Source of the DNA: a virus
Reading direction: 5' to 3' (one strand)
IMG/VR virus record: IMGVR_UViG_3300035137_000026
Span: 1 to 64,000 of that record
Length of the DNA stretch: 64,000 nt
Under the pieces are notes generated by a model. That model worked only from the letters and a program-made list of their open reading frames with translations, searched no databases and was not told the origin of the DNA. This document shows positions 17,807 through 27,171 of this stretch, piece by piece (positions within the stretch are counted from its first letter, which is position 1; each line of letters starts with the position of its first letter). The translations under genes and the position numbers were made by a program.

Positions 17807-17879
17807 AGCATCCAATGAGATTTAAACTCATGTTTCCAGTGTGGCAAGCCAGCGCACTAACCAACTGTGCTATAGATAC
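17807..17879 (-). tRNA. tRNA-Gly(GCC), degenerate
   Basis: Loop TTGCCAC; weak anticodon stem, T-loop TTTAAAT. Confidence 0.65.
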
Positions 17880-18199
17880 TAAAACCTGGAGATCGTTGTG
17901 TTGTAATATAGAGCACATGATCTTGGGCGTCCCATGGCTGCCAGGTCAACCATACCGCCTTATTTTCCACTCTGCCTGGCGGCAAGCACAGAGTGTCCCT
18001 AGGGAGGGCTAAAAGTTATCCGACTGGATATAGCTGGTAATAAAGTGAGCTGGTTTCATAACCTGTAGGTCATACTGATTTCCTCTATTGGCAATGACGT
18101 AGTCTCCTCGTGAGATAGGAGTGCTACCATCAATAGTATAATTGCCGTCAGAAGCCTTAGTCGGTCCTTTGCTAATAGATAGAGCTTCTTGTTGTGTCG

Positions 18200-18523
18200 T
18201 TAGCTGGGATGTGAGTCAATCCATGCTGAGTCATCCAGACGCATAGCAAAAACTTTGTTTCCTTGCTGTGTCTCTAGCAGACGAAGAGTTTTTTCCTCTT
18301 CATCAGTTCTGTTAGGTTTCTTTCTCAGATCGAAAAGCTGCTTGGATACGTAGCATTGGGCCTGGCCAGCATGCTGAGCCATGGCGAAGATCTGTCTCAT
18401 GTCTGTTGCGTTAATATTCTTACTCATTCTATTTGGATCAAAGGCTAGATATACAGTTTTGTGCCCACCATAGTGTGTATTATTTGGTACTCTTATTTCT
18501 CTTGTGAATCTAGCTAAACGCAT
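18200..18523 (-). CDS. hypothetical protein
   Basis: ORF track. Confidence 0.55.
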   Translation of the reverse strand: MRLARFTREIRVPNNTHYGGHKTVYLAFDPNRMSKNINATDMRQIFAMAQHAGQAQCYVSKQLFDLRKKPNRTDEEEKTLRLLETQQGNKVFAMRLDDSAWIDSHPS

Positions 18524-18545
18524 TACTCGGATGCTCCATTAGGTT

Positions 18546-18776
18546 TTAATCTGTGATATTAGTTGGTCGTAAGATGAGCCAGTCTCCAACAATAGCTGTG
18601 CTGTTTATTCCCTCTGCACGGTGTCCACAGTTCCGACACCAATCTGTCTTTGCTGGATTTTCTTTGCTTCTTTCCGCTGGATCCACATACTGAAGACATG
18701 AATAACAAAAGTGACCGCCGATAAGACTTCCGAATTTGCTTGTGTCACCGTAATGATGTTGTTTGGCACTGTTCAT
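18546..18776 (-). CDS. small Zn-binding protein
   Basis: CYSC...CRNC. Confidence 0.5.
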   Translation of the reverse strand: MNSAKQHHYGDTSKFGSLIGGHFCYSCLQYVDPAERSKENPAKTDWCRNCGHRAEGINSTAIVGDWLILRPTNITD

Positions 18777-18799
18777 TATTCTTCTTATACTATAAGTTA

Positions 18800-18884
18800 T
18801 GGGGCAGGGTGGACTTGAACCACCAGGACCACTAGGGCCACGGGTTTACAGCCCGTTCTGCTACCAATTACAGGTTACTGCCCC
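18800..18884 (-). tRNA. tRNA-Tyr(GTA)
   Basis: ACGGG-CTGTAAA-CCCGT, long variable arm. Confidence 0.92.
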
Positions 18885-19195
18885 TACTCTACCTTTATTA
18901 CTTTACCAAAAATATTTCTTCTACTTGTCCAGCTATTGATGCGTCCTCGATTGCTACCGATTTGGAATCTATCTTTGGTTACCTTAAGTATTTTATGTAG
19001 GTAATGTTTTCCGTTAACTTTGTAGAGTACTGCGTCACCAATAGACAGCGAGGTTATGTTTGTCACAGGGACCACTGTTACTAGATCACGATGGTTGATC
19101 ATTCCGGTCATACTAGTGCCACTTGGGCGAAACTTTACAACCTCGCCGTTCTTCAGTTGTTCTATTTGTTGCTTAAACATGTTTTCAAAGAGCAA
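18884..19195 (-). CDS. S24/S26 peptidase-like protein
   Basis: GTSM, GDAVLY...YLHKI, IFGKVI. Confidence 0.6.
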   Translation of the reverse strand: MLFENMFKQQIEQLKNGEVVKFRPSGTSMTGMINHRDLVTVVPVTNITSLSIGDAVLYKVNGKHYLHKILKVTKDRFQIGSNRGRINSWTSRRNIFGKVIKVE

Positions 19196-19234
19196 GTCTT
19201 TATAATAGACACAGTTCTATCGAAGATGCAAGAT

Positions 19235-19639
19235 CTATTTGTCTCGGTTAGGTCTACGTTTAACTACTCTAACTAAGGTTGCTTTTGTCGCGACGACGGA
19301 AGATAGCTTACAGAAGTCTCCGATGGCGACAATGTCCTCTGGCTGTATTTCAACTTCCCATACTTTTCCTGAGGGTCCTATTGCATTTTTTCTGTCATTG
19401 AAAGCATGGTCTTTGTTTAAGAAGAAGTGAAATCCCTTTTCTACTTCTTGAAGGATTCTCTCATGGTTACTTATCTTGGTGCTTATTCTATTAGATTTAT
19501 TCTCTCCTACTTCCCATTTTGAATGCAGATACAATGATCTCATATTATCTAGCAAAATTTTATAGGCCCTGATAGGTTTCGTTCTATTTTTAAGTCGCCT
19601 TGTTGCCTTAACATAGTCATCTTTTAGTACTAAACACAT
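19235..19639 (-). CDS. hypothetical protein
   Basis: ORF track. Confidence 0.6.
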   Translation of the reverse strand: MCLVLKDDYVKATRRLKNRTKPIRAYKILLDNMRSLYLHSKWEVGENKSNRISTKISNHERILQEVEKGFHFFLNKDHAFNDRKNAIGPSGKVWEVEIQPEDIVAIGDFCKLSSVVATKATLVRVVKRRPNRDK

Positions 19640-19641
19640 CT

Positions 19642-20160
19642 TTATCTCCCGGCAAAAAATCCTATTAATACTCCACCAGCTAGCGCAACTATTCCTACGC
19701 TGCCTGACACAAATATAATCTTTAGTGTATTTTTTCTCTTTAGCTTTGGGATCTCTTTTCTCTCCTGGTTAAAGAGATCATATGCATGGTCCCTATCTTC
19801 CTTAAGATCGGCAATATTGTCATCCTTCAGGTTGAGGCGAAGTTGACAGCCCTCTAAGCGTACTTCGAAGGCAGCCTCTAGCTCTGACTCGGCTATATAG
19901 TTGTCGGCCCAGAGGGTGTAGCCTGTGAAGATCTTTAACAGGGTGCCATATCCTTCGATTGTAAACGCAAACAGGGTAGTACCCTGGCGGCTAATCTCCA
20001 GAGGTTTAGGCATCTCTAGGTCTAGTGGTGGTATCTTGAGGCTTAGCTCTTCTTTGGCTGGTGACATTAAGTTCTGAGCGGATGCGTTCAAGCTCGCTAG
20101 TGTTATTAGCAGCAACGGCAGCATTAATGCGGTTAACAGTCTTGGCAGCTTCTTGCTCAT
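19642..20160 (-). CDS. exported protein with C-terminal TM helix
   Basis: Signal peptide, coiled coil, C-terminal hydrophobic helix; overlaps the upstream ORF. Confidence 0.6.
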   Translation of the reverse strand: MSKKLPRLLTALMLPLLLITLASLNASAQNLMSPAKEELSLKIPPLDLEMPKPLEISRQGTTLFAFTIEGYGTLLKIFTGYTLWADNYIAESELEAAFEVRLEGCQLRLNLKDDNIADLKEDRDHAYDLFNQERKEIPKLKRKNTLKIIFVSGSVGIVALAGGVLIGFFAGR

Positions 20161-20449
20161 GAGCTTCTATCTCTTCCTGGAGTCCCTTCTGGGTCTCTAC
20201 CAGTTGTTTGTCTCTCTTCTCGAGTAACTTATCAGTCTTCTCTCTCTTCTCAATCTGGCGGTCGACATAGTCTCGGTGATGCTTGACAGTACCCTCAAAC
20301 TTCTTAGAGTCAGACTTGGGTACAAACATAAACAGAACTAAAAGTACAATGCCAACTACTAGGGGTAGGAATAGAAGTGCTTTCTGCCACCATTTGAGGG
20401 CCTTAAACTTATTCCATAGGATCTTTAGGCGTTTCACCAGCTTCACCAA
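20006..20449 (-). CDS. N-anchored coiled-coil membrane protein (spanin-like?)
   Basis: One N-terminal TM helix followed by coiled coil. Confidence 0.5.
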   Translation of the reverse strand: MVKLVKRLKILWNKFKALKWWQKALLFLPLVVGIVLLVLFMFVPKSDSKKFEGTVKHHRDYVDRQIEKREKTDKLLEKRDKQLVETQKGLQEEIEAHEQEAAKTVNRINAAVAANNTSELERIRSELNVTSQRRAKPQDTTTRPRDA

Positions 20450-20693
20450 TTCCCTTCAGTGTGGTAACACCCCCGATGAACTTATCTATGTCGCCTTGCT
20501 TACCAATATAGCTGACAGCAAGGAATGCAATGGCAAAGATGCCAATGCACATAAAGAGGGCAATGGCCCAACCGAAGACCTGTGTCTTGAGGGCAAAGAT
20601 TAGGACACTTGCCAGAACAAGCAAGGCAAAGAAGAATGCAATAAACTTCTTTGATTTCAATGGGGTTTTATTGAGTAGTGACATACACAACAT
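20409..20693 (-). CDS. two-TM membrane protein (holin-like?)
   Basis: Two hydrophobic helices and a charged tail. Confidence 0.45.
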   Translation of the reverse strand: MLCMSLLNKTPLKSKKFIAFFFALLVLASVLIFALKTQVFGWAIALFMCIGIFAIAFLAVSYIGKQGDIDKFIGGVTTLKGIGEAGETPKDPME

Positions 20694-20734
20694 CTCCTGT
20701 CTATATAGTACGATAGAAGGTATTGGTGATGCAA

Positions 20735-21064
20735 CTACAGGTACTGGATGTCCTGCTCTGACCTGGCGTCCATACCCGCTTTGTGCGCCCAGCCAAAGAA
20801 GATGAATTCCCCGTCTTCTAAGTCGAGGCAGCTGGCTGGCTCATCAACCGATCTAACACTCTCAAGCTCGAGTTGTTCTCTTGCCCAATCAAATGGATTT
20901 TTCTCTTTCACAGGAAATCTCACCATTCTGTATGCTGCCTTGTCTGCTATAGTTCCAGTTTTTCCGCTGACACTATGATCTGCTTGTGCCTGGCATACAG
21001 CTCTGTGGAATGCGTGGTCTGCATTATTACCGCATTCACTTACGATAAACGAAACTAAGCCCAT
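20735..21064 (-). CDS. phage hypothetical protein
   Basis: ORF track; GKTGTIADK...CLDL..GEFIFFGWA pattern. Confidence 0.55.
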   Translation of the reverse strand: MGLVSFIVSECGNNADHAFHRAVCQAQADHSVSGKTGTIADKAAYRMVRFPVKEKNPFDWAREQLELESVRSVDEPASCLDLEDGEFIFFGWAHKAGMDARSEQDIQYL

Positions 21065-21199
21065 ACGAAACTCCCGGCTTACGTCACCTCTGTGAGGCAG
21101 CTCGAAATACAGCTAAATTGCAAAATTTGTACAAAAACCAAAAATCTGCAAATCTGCGCAAAAATTTCTTCCGATTTCGGCCTATATAGGAAATTTTGC

Positions 21200-21508
21200 T
21201 CAATCTAGCTTAATTGGCCCATTTCCCTCTTCAGCAGCCATTTCTGGCGTTATGAATGTAATGATAGTTTTGCGGGATTTATCGTATATGGCGATTGCGG
21301 TAATTCCGCTGGTTTTGACTTCAAAAACGGAAACACGATTTGACTGTTTTTCGATGAATTTGGCTCTTCCGCTCTGAATTTGTCTTACCAGCTCATCGTA
21401 TTCATGATTTGTGAGTTCTTTGGGGAATCTTTGTGCAAACCGGCGTATAGCATGCCTTCTTTCTGCTTTGGTTTTGCTACGCTGTCTAAAGAGGTTCCAC
21501 CTGTGCAT
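21200..21508 (-). CDS. hypothetical protein
   Basis: Start MHRWNL just downstream of tRNA-Leu. Confidence 0.55.
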   Translation of the reverse strand: MHRWNLFRQRSKTKAERRHAIRRFAQRFPKELTNHEYDELVRQIQSGRAKFIEKQSNRVSVFEVKTSGITAIAIYDKSRKTIITFITPEMAAEEGNGPIKLD

Positions 21509-21523
21509 CGCCCTGCCTTCCTG

Positions 21524-21607
21524 TAGCCGGAGAGGGAATCGAACCCTCATGCCCTTGCGGGCACCAAGTTTTAAGTCTGGCGTGTATACCAGTTCCACCA
21601 TCCGGCC
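21524..21607 (-). tRNA. tRNA-Leu(TAA)
   Basis: Loop CTTAAAA, variable arm GCCC-GCAA-GGGC. Confidence 0.92.
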
Positions 21608-21610
21608 AAA

Positions 21611-22264
21611 TTATGTAGCTACTTGTTCCTCCTCTTCGGAGGTGCCACTTTGGTCAGCTATTACTGACAGCCGCTTCGGCGATATTATATCGTCGTCTTG
21701 AACCAGACGACCGCTGACTAAGCTACTAAGATGCAACCCCCACAATCGATCCCGACCGATTTGGCCCGCTAGCTTGTCAGAGAGCTTTTGGGGAATTTTG
21801 CCTACACAGCAGGGCATCATAACAAGCATTTCGGCTTTGGTGGTACTATACAGTTTTGCGATCCTCTCGGCTAGCCCCTGGCATGCATGGACTGCTGTAA
21901 GGATTACAGGCCCGTCTATCTGGTCAATGGATTTGCTAATACTCTTGTCGTATATATCGTGGTGTAGGTACGTAAACCTTCTAACTTCGTGCCACGGCCT
22001 GCTTCTGGGTCTCTTGTCAATGGCGTAGTTCCACTTCGATGGCAGCATAAATGCTGAAATCAGGGGAACTAAGGCATTTCCCGAGCAAAGGTCTATGACA
22101 GTGTAATCCATCGGTCGCTTAAGCAGCTTTGGTTTGATCCGGCGAATTACAGACATGGCCTCACTGATTTCTTTGGTAAATTTGTTTACAGGATGTGCAA
22201 CTTTAATAACATCAGCTGCACATCGGAATGATAGGAATTGGTCGATATATCTCAAGTGGGACAT
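21611..22264 (-). CDS. class I SAM-dependent methyltransferase (possibly RNA)
   Basis: VIDLCSGN, AVHACQGL, MPCC motifs. Confidence 0.75.
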   Translation of the reverse strand: MSHLRYIDQFLSFRCAADVIKVAHPVNKFTKEISEAMSVIRRIKPKLLKRPMDYTVIDLCSGNALVPLISAFMLPSKWNYAIDKRPRSRPWHEVRRFTYLHHDIYDKSISKSIDQIDGPVILTAVHACQGLAERIAKLYSTTKAEMLVMMPCCVGKIPQKLSDKLAGQIGRDRLWGLHLSSLVSGRLVQDDDIISPKRLSVIADQSGTSEEEEQVAT

Positions 22265-22362
22265 ACTATCTGCTTTCTGTATTTAGCAGGATGCTCAATA
22301 CTGCTACTGTAACTGCTACTAGAGCAATCCGGAGTTTCTGTACATTGGCGGCGGCTCCAAAG

Positions 22363-22416
22363 CCACGTGAGCAGTTTAGGCATTGAGGATGGCTGCTTCT
22401 AAGCCAACCTCCTGGT
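22363..22416 (-). ncRNA. second 23S rRNA H43-like element
   Basis: ACCAGGAGGTTGGCTTAGAAGCAGCCATCC followed by a diverged H44 (TGCCTAAACTGCTCACGTGG). Confidence 0.7.
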
Positions 22417-22424
22417 TGTCTTAG

Positions 22425-22508
22425 TGCGACCGGAGAGATTCAAACTCTCAAGCCAATAAGGGCACTAGGTTCTAAGCCTAGTGTGTATACCAGCTCCACT
22501 ACGGTCGC
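22425..22508 (-). tRNA. tRNA-Leu(TAG)
   Basis: CTAGG-CTTAGAA-CCTAG, long variable arm. Confidence 0.92.
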
Positions 22509-22749
22509 TTATTTGCCGTAAAGCTCTAGTACTTGGCTCTTACATTTGGAAATAGACTGAGAGATTACGCATTTATTAAAGTAGGTCTTGCATTCTATAG
22601 GCTTTGCTTCATGTACTTGATAATAGCTGCTTCCCTATTCAGCCTAAAAGTACGTAGGGTGTTGAATGTAAGGATACAGACTCCTATTATTATGGCTAAC
22701 TAAACAAAGACATAGATGATTATTGTTGACCTTGTCATCTTTGCTTTTG

Positions 22750-22820
22750 TAGGCCCGCTCGGAATCGAACCGAGACCACCGATTTATGAGAACGGCGCTC
22801 GACCGTCGAGCCACGGGCCT
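22750..22820 (-). tRNA. tRNA(CAT), probably Ile2 or Met
   Basis: AGGCCCG/CGGGCCT, loop CTCATAA. Confidence 0.88.
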
Positions 22821-23007
22821 ATCTCTTATCGTTGTATTTCCAGACCTGAGGGTTGTTCTTAAGGTTAAATTTGTAGAGGATGCCGCCACACATTGGGCAG
22901 AAATGCTCTAGCATCTTAGGAGGCTCATCATCAAAGAGATCCTCTTCCTCATAAGGGCAATCCTCATTATCACACTTAAAATTCACTAGCTTCATTGTGG
23001 GCACCAT
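22819..23007 (-). CDS. Zn-ribbon protein (FmdB-like)
   Basis: FKCDNEDC...CPMCGG. Confidence 0.5.
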   Translation of the reverse strand: MVPTMKLVNFKCDNEDCPYEEEDLFDDEPPKMLEHFCPMCGGILYKFNLKNNPQVWKYNDKR

Positions 23008-23402
23008 TGAGTATCAACAATGTAGATGTTGCCTTTGGTATCCTTCCGTAGGTTTTTGTCCCACAGGTCCCACAGTATATGACCTTTGAGTCTTTTCCTC
23101 AAGACTTTTGCATCCCTGTGGTCTGCTTTAATTGGGATATATCGCTTTAGTAGGCCCTTGGTCTTCTTAAGATGACCATCCTTCCAATACTCTACGTCTA
23201 CTACCTTGAGAACTGGGAGGCAGAGTTCGTGCTTACTGCTGCCCGTGATCTCATCTCTAATTATATATTCTTGATCCCACTCAGCATGGAAGACTTTAAC
23301 TACCCTGCGAGGTGAAATCCTATAGACGGTACCGAATGATCCGACTCCGATTATTTGTCGTGCTTTTAGACGAATAGGTTTTGGCATGGTTACATACTTC
23401 AT
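22992..23402 (-). CDS. minimal protein-kinase-like protein
   Basis: GVGSFGTVY, VVKVF, DE, DLWDKN, IYIVD. Confidence 0.65.
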   Translation of the reverse strand: MKYVTMPKPIRLKARQIIGVGSFGTVYRISPRRVVKVFHAEWDQEYIIRDEITGSSKHELCLPVLKVVDVEYWKDGHLKKTKGLLKRYIPIKADHRDAKVLRKRLKGHILWDLWDKNLRKDTKGNIYIVDTQWCPQ

Positions 23403-23734
23403 TGTTCATTCTCTTCCGGTACTGTTTCGATTACGATACCTAGTTTATCTGCAATAGTCTGACAATTAGGGCAAGGGTCTATGGGTCTTAGTGCTCCGCC
23501 GGCTCCAATGCGGCAAATCAGGATACGGACGATTCCTTTCTTGCGGGCGTCCTTCATGACCAAGGCTTCGGCATGCTCGCTCCCACCGTGCCTATTGAAC
23601 CTAGGCCTGTTGGTACTAGTAGCAACACATACACCAGCTTTATTAAAGCCTAGGGCGGCCACCCTCAATTTGCATATGGACTGCTCAGCCTTTTTCTTAA
23701 TCCTATCTATAGTCCTGCTATCTAGGTTCCCCAT
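23399..23734 (-). CDS. Zn-dependent deaminase (CDA/TadA fold)
   Basis: HAE and PCPNC motifs. Confidence 0.8.
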   Translation of the reverse strand: MGNLDSRTIDRIKKKAEQSICKLRVAALGFNKAGVCVATSTNRPRFNRHGGSEHAEALVMKDARKKGIVRILICRIGAGGALRPIDPCPNCQTIADKLGIVIETVPEENEQ

Positions 23735-24045
23735 TGGTTATAATATCCTTGATCTGCTCTTCCGAGATTGGTGTAAAATACAGCACTCTGACATCTACTC
23801 CGACATCGATTACGAATATTCCGTTTTTAGCCTACATAAGTTGAAGAGGTTGCTGTGCTGATGGCCACAGATTAAAACCTGTCCGGAATGGAGCACATTG
23901 GATAGTGTTGGATCGTGAGCTACCATCCAGCCGTTAAGTAGAAATGTAGCCGGCTAGTGAACTGAGGCAATGCCGATATGGCCATAGTCAATAGGTAGCA
24001 TGCAGTCATGGTTGCCGATGATCAAGTGTTTCTCACCGTGAAGCT
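23735..24045 (-). pseudogene. truncated metallophosphoesterase
   Basis: LIIGNHD...H*(23954)...HDP...CGHQH, frameshift, DVGVD; N-terminus missing. Confidence 0.6.
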
Positions 24046-24482
24046 GAAGTTCAAGTCATCTTTGCAGAGGATGGACAGCTTCTCTGTCTTCTTCATGTCC
24101 TGCTTCTCGACTAAGATTAGCCTGCTTATTAGTCCGACTCAGTGCTTACTTAGCTAGAGAACCTCTCCCGTGAAGCCACTGGGCTCCATGATTATGCCGA
24201 CGTAGCTTGGCTGGACATACTCGCCACATCCTAATCTGAGTCTTTTTGCTTTCCGAGGCGCTTCTCTATTGCCTGCTGCGATGGAGTTTCCCACTCTTCG
24301 GCTTCTGCCTCAAGCTCTTCTTTGGTCGGGGTATCAGGTCCAGCCATGGTGGTCTGGTAGGCTCCATCCTCCTTAGCCAGTGTGGTGTAGTGGCTTAAAC
24401 CTTGGCTTCCGCTGGAACTCTTCTGAGCTAATAACTTGGATAGTTTTGTAGATTGACCAACCGATGAGAAGCATGAAGAGTA

Positions 24483-24857
24483 TCAGTCCCAGCCACATTG
24501 TCCAGAAGTGGGCGCTACCGATAACCAGCGGCCCATCGAGGCTGTTCTCTTGCCCCAAACTTCTGTCCTCCCTTCATGACGACCATACCCATATCTAAGC
24601 ACAACCGTGTACACAACCTTATCAGTTTTCAAATCGCAAATCCTGAAGTCGTCGTACAGCTCCCCACCCAAAGGACAGTTATTTTTGAAGAACACGTACT
24701 GCTTCTCTGGATTGACCTTCGGAGAGCCCACCACCTCCTTCACCAATCCAAACAACACCTTGATCTTTTCTCTCAACTCCGAATCCCTACAAAACCAATC
24801 CCAAAATGGCTCGTACACCCCTTCATAGTAGAACTCTCCGGCATCGAAGGCCCTCAA
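24483..24857 (-). CDS. hypothetical protein
   Basis: ORF track. Confidence 0.55.
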   Translation of the reverse strand: MRAFDAGEFYYEGVYEPFWDWFCRDSELREKIKVLFGLVKEVVGSPKVNPEKQYVFFKNNCPLGGELYDDFRICDLKTDKVVYTVVLRYGYGRHEGRTEVWGKRTASMGRWLSVAPTSGQCGWD

Positions 24858-24915
24858 CTACTCAATCAAATCCCGTTTCTTTTTCATCATTTTCTCCTTT
24901 GGTCCTTGGACCCCG

Positions 24916-25158
24916 TTAAAAAATGTTCCTGCTGACTACTGACCGAACCGTATCAGTCAACTCCCTACAGGATAGTTCCTCTTCTGTATGCTTCCCTCCA
25001 CATCGACACCCTAACCTATGAGCCCTGGTCCCCATCTTCTTCTCTACCCCAACCAACAACCTGACCAAGTGCCCATTCTCCATCTCTAACCTCTTTATCT
25101 TTTCCTTCTGAGTTTCCATTGTCTTCCTCCTTCCCATTGCTTTACTACTACAATACAC
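24916..25158 (-). CDS. hypothetical protein
   Basis: ORF track. Confidence 0.45.
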   Translation of the reverse strand: MYCSSKAMGRRKTMETQKEKIKRLEMENGHLVRLLVGVEKKMGTRAHRLGCRCGGKHTEEELSCRELTDTVRSVVSRNIF

Positions 25159-25173
25159 AATATCTGGATACAG

Positions 25174-25246
25174 TACTCCCAGAAGGACTCAAACCTCCAG
25201 TCCATGGTTCGTAGCCGTGTGTCTTATTCGGTTTGGCTATGAGAGC
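25174..25246 (-). tRNA. tRNA-Arg(ACG)
   Basis: Loop CTACGAA; C-A mismatch in the anticodon stem. Confidence 0.8.
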
Positions 25247-25251
25247 TTATC

Positions 25252-26616
25252 TTACTGAGTGACGAGAAATGCGCCTACTGAGTCGGTGACCCAATTACCA
25301 GAAGCTGGATATGAGTGTGTGGCTGCATTTGTATTAAATCTAACGTCTGCTGTTGTGCCAGTTAGGCCCATGGAGGTCTCTCTTGTCACCGCACTACCTG
25401 CATATATATTCATAACATATGTAACGTTTGATGAGTTTCCATCTACGTTACCAAAGGTAACCTGGTTGGCTGGACCGATACTAAATGCAATTAGTGCGGC
25501 CTCTACATATGTGACGGATATGCTAAGGCAGGCAGCGTCGTCGGATGTTATACATCTCTTGCCTGCACAGTCAAAGTACATCCCTCCCATTGCAAATTTA
25601 CTTGCGCTACCTACGTAGATGCCCTCGTTATTTACTGGGTCTACAACATGGCAGCCTTCCATGTAAAGGCTTTCTTTTGCGACTGCGTAGACCGAGGGTG
25701 CGCCAATAATGGATGTATAATACAGTAGGAACCTCTCGGCTGTTATCTTCTGTGTAACAATTCCACAGCCTTCCCAATCGACTAGCCATCCAGTGGCATC
25801 GACTGATCCAGCTGGGATACCGTTGGCATATCCTAGGAGTTGTCCTCCCTGGCCATGTACTTTAACATCAAATATGCTTCCCATATGTCGTACGGTTGGT
25901 TTGTTACCACCAACACGGAAAGTTTTACTGTCACCGCCGGTGAACTTGATCCCAAAGAATCCGTATGGTGATAGTGTTCTGCCGCCATATACATCTAAAG
26001 AGCTGCTGATAGCAATCTCTGCACCTGGTTCTACTATCTTAAATGTGTCACCATCTGTCGGTGTTGCTAGTCCCCAGTTAGCAATTCGTATCATGGTGGC
26101 GGTATTACTTAGAATGCCTGTAATCATTCCGGCTCTTGAGCCGGTCAAGAACTGTATAAACTTTCCTTGGAAGTCGTTTGGTGTCAGACCTCCACCTGAT
26201 ACTATAATCTCTCCAACAAAGTATGCCACAACAATACTAAATCCACCACTAGCGATGGTATATGGACCAGCGTCATAGTCTGCCATGGCTGCTGAGCCAT
26301 CATAATGCAGGTAGCCCTGTACATCAAAGTTGATTATATCTGGCTGGTCATATGTTCCCGCTGCTAGGTGGATATGGACGATGTGATCTGGTGCAATTTC
26401 ATGTGGAATTACACTATGTGCTTTGTTTAGAGTAGCATATGGTGACCCTTCGGACCCATCGCCTATTTCATCACTACCAGATGGAGATACATAGATCTCC
26501 ATGTTTGATGTTGTAGACCCGTAGATATCCGAGATAAATGGATCATTATGGTAGTCAAGACGGCCTGTAAATGGATTATATTTATATGGCATTATTGGAC
26601 TTCTCCAGCAGGCCAC
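25252..26616 (-). CDS. right-handed beta-helix (pectin-lyase-like) protein, tail-spike/depolymerase-like
   Basis: IYVSPSGSDEIGDGSEGSPYAT...IHLAAGTY; beta-rich body. Confidence 0.7.
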   Translation of the reverse strand: MACWRSPIMPYKYNPFTGRLDYHNDPFISDIYGSTTSNMEIYVSPSGSDEIGDGSEGSPYATLNKAHSVIPHEIAPDHIVHIHLAAGTYDQPDIINFDVQGYLHYDGSAAMADYDAGPYTIASGGFSIVVAYFVGEIIVSGGGLTPNDFQGKFIQFLTGSRAGMITGILSNTATMIRIANWGLATPTDGDTFKIVEPGAEIAISSSLDVYGGRTLSPYGFFGIKFTGGDSKTFRVGGNKPTVRHMGSIFDVKVHGQGGQLLGYANGIPAGSVDATGWLVDWEGCGIVTQKITAERFLLYYTSIIGAPSVYAVAKESLYMEGCHVVDPVNNEGIYVGSASKFAMGGMYFDCAGKRCITSDDAACLSISVTYVEAALIAFSIGPANQVTFGNVDGNSSNVTYVMNIYAGSAVTRETSMGLTGTTADVRFNTNAATHSYPASGNWVTDSVGAFLVTQ

Positions 26617-26664
26617 TAACTTGTGCTAGTGGAGTCTAGTCCAATACTACCAGATCTGGTGTTT

Positions 26665-26946
26665 CTACTCTACATTTGGACACTGCTCTAGGTGGAAGAG
26701 TAGTATCTGGTTGTTAGCAAGTTTGCGGAATAATGAGAATGTTGTTGGGTGGAACAGAAAGTATTCTGCATACTTAACCTCGTTATCTACGAAAAGGGCT
26801 ATGTCATTGAGAAGGCATATTTCCGATTTGGAAGTCCACCAGGCTTCTTCTCTAAACCAATGGTTGCCATTCTTCTCAACCTTGGTCGGTTTATGGCCTG
26901 TCTCAATGAGGTAGGACACAACCCCCACGACTTTGTTGTAATGCAC
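26665..26946 (-). CDS. hypothetical protein
   Basis: ORF track. Confidence 0.5.
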   Translation of the reverse strand: MHYNKVVGVVSYLIETGHKPTKVEKNGNHWFREEAWWTSKSEICLLNDIALFVDNEVKYAEYFLFHPTTFSLFRKLANNQILLFHLEQCPNVE

Positions 26947-27171
26947 ACCTTTTTAAAATCCTAGGCTTTGCAACTCTCCTATGACCTGTTCGGTTGGTAG
27001 GCCTGAGATTATCCAGACTTCATCTCCATTCTTTCTGATCTTCTCAAAGAGGGTCTTGAATCGTTCTGGCTCGGCATCGACTGTTCCGTGGAGGTTGTAT
27101 CCTATTCTGACTATATTAGTCTTGATTGTGGTCGTCATCACGGTATGTCTCGGCTGCGTCGATAGCGCCGT

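Noticed and set aside
14785-22416. True rRNA genes or host contamination
   Set aside because: The matches are under 60 nt, embedded among phage tRNAs, and lack the rest of 23S.
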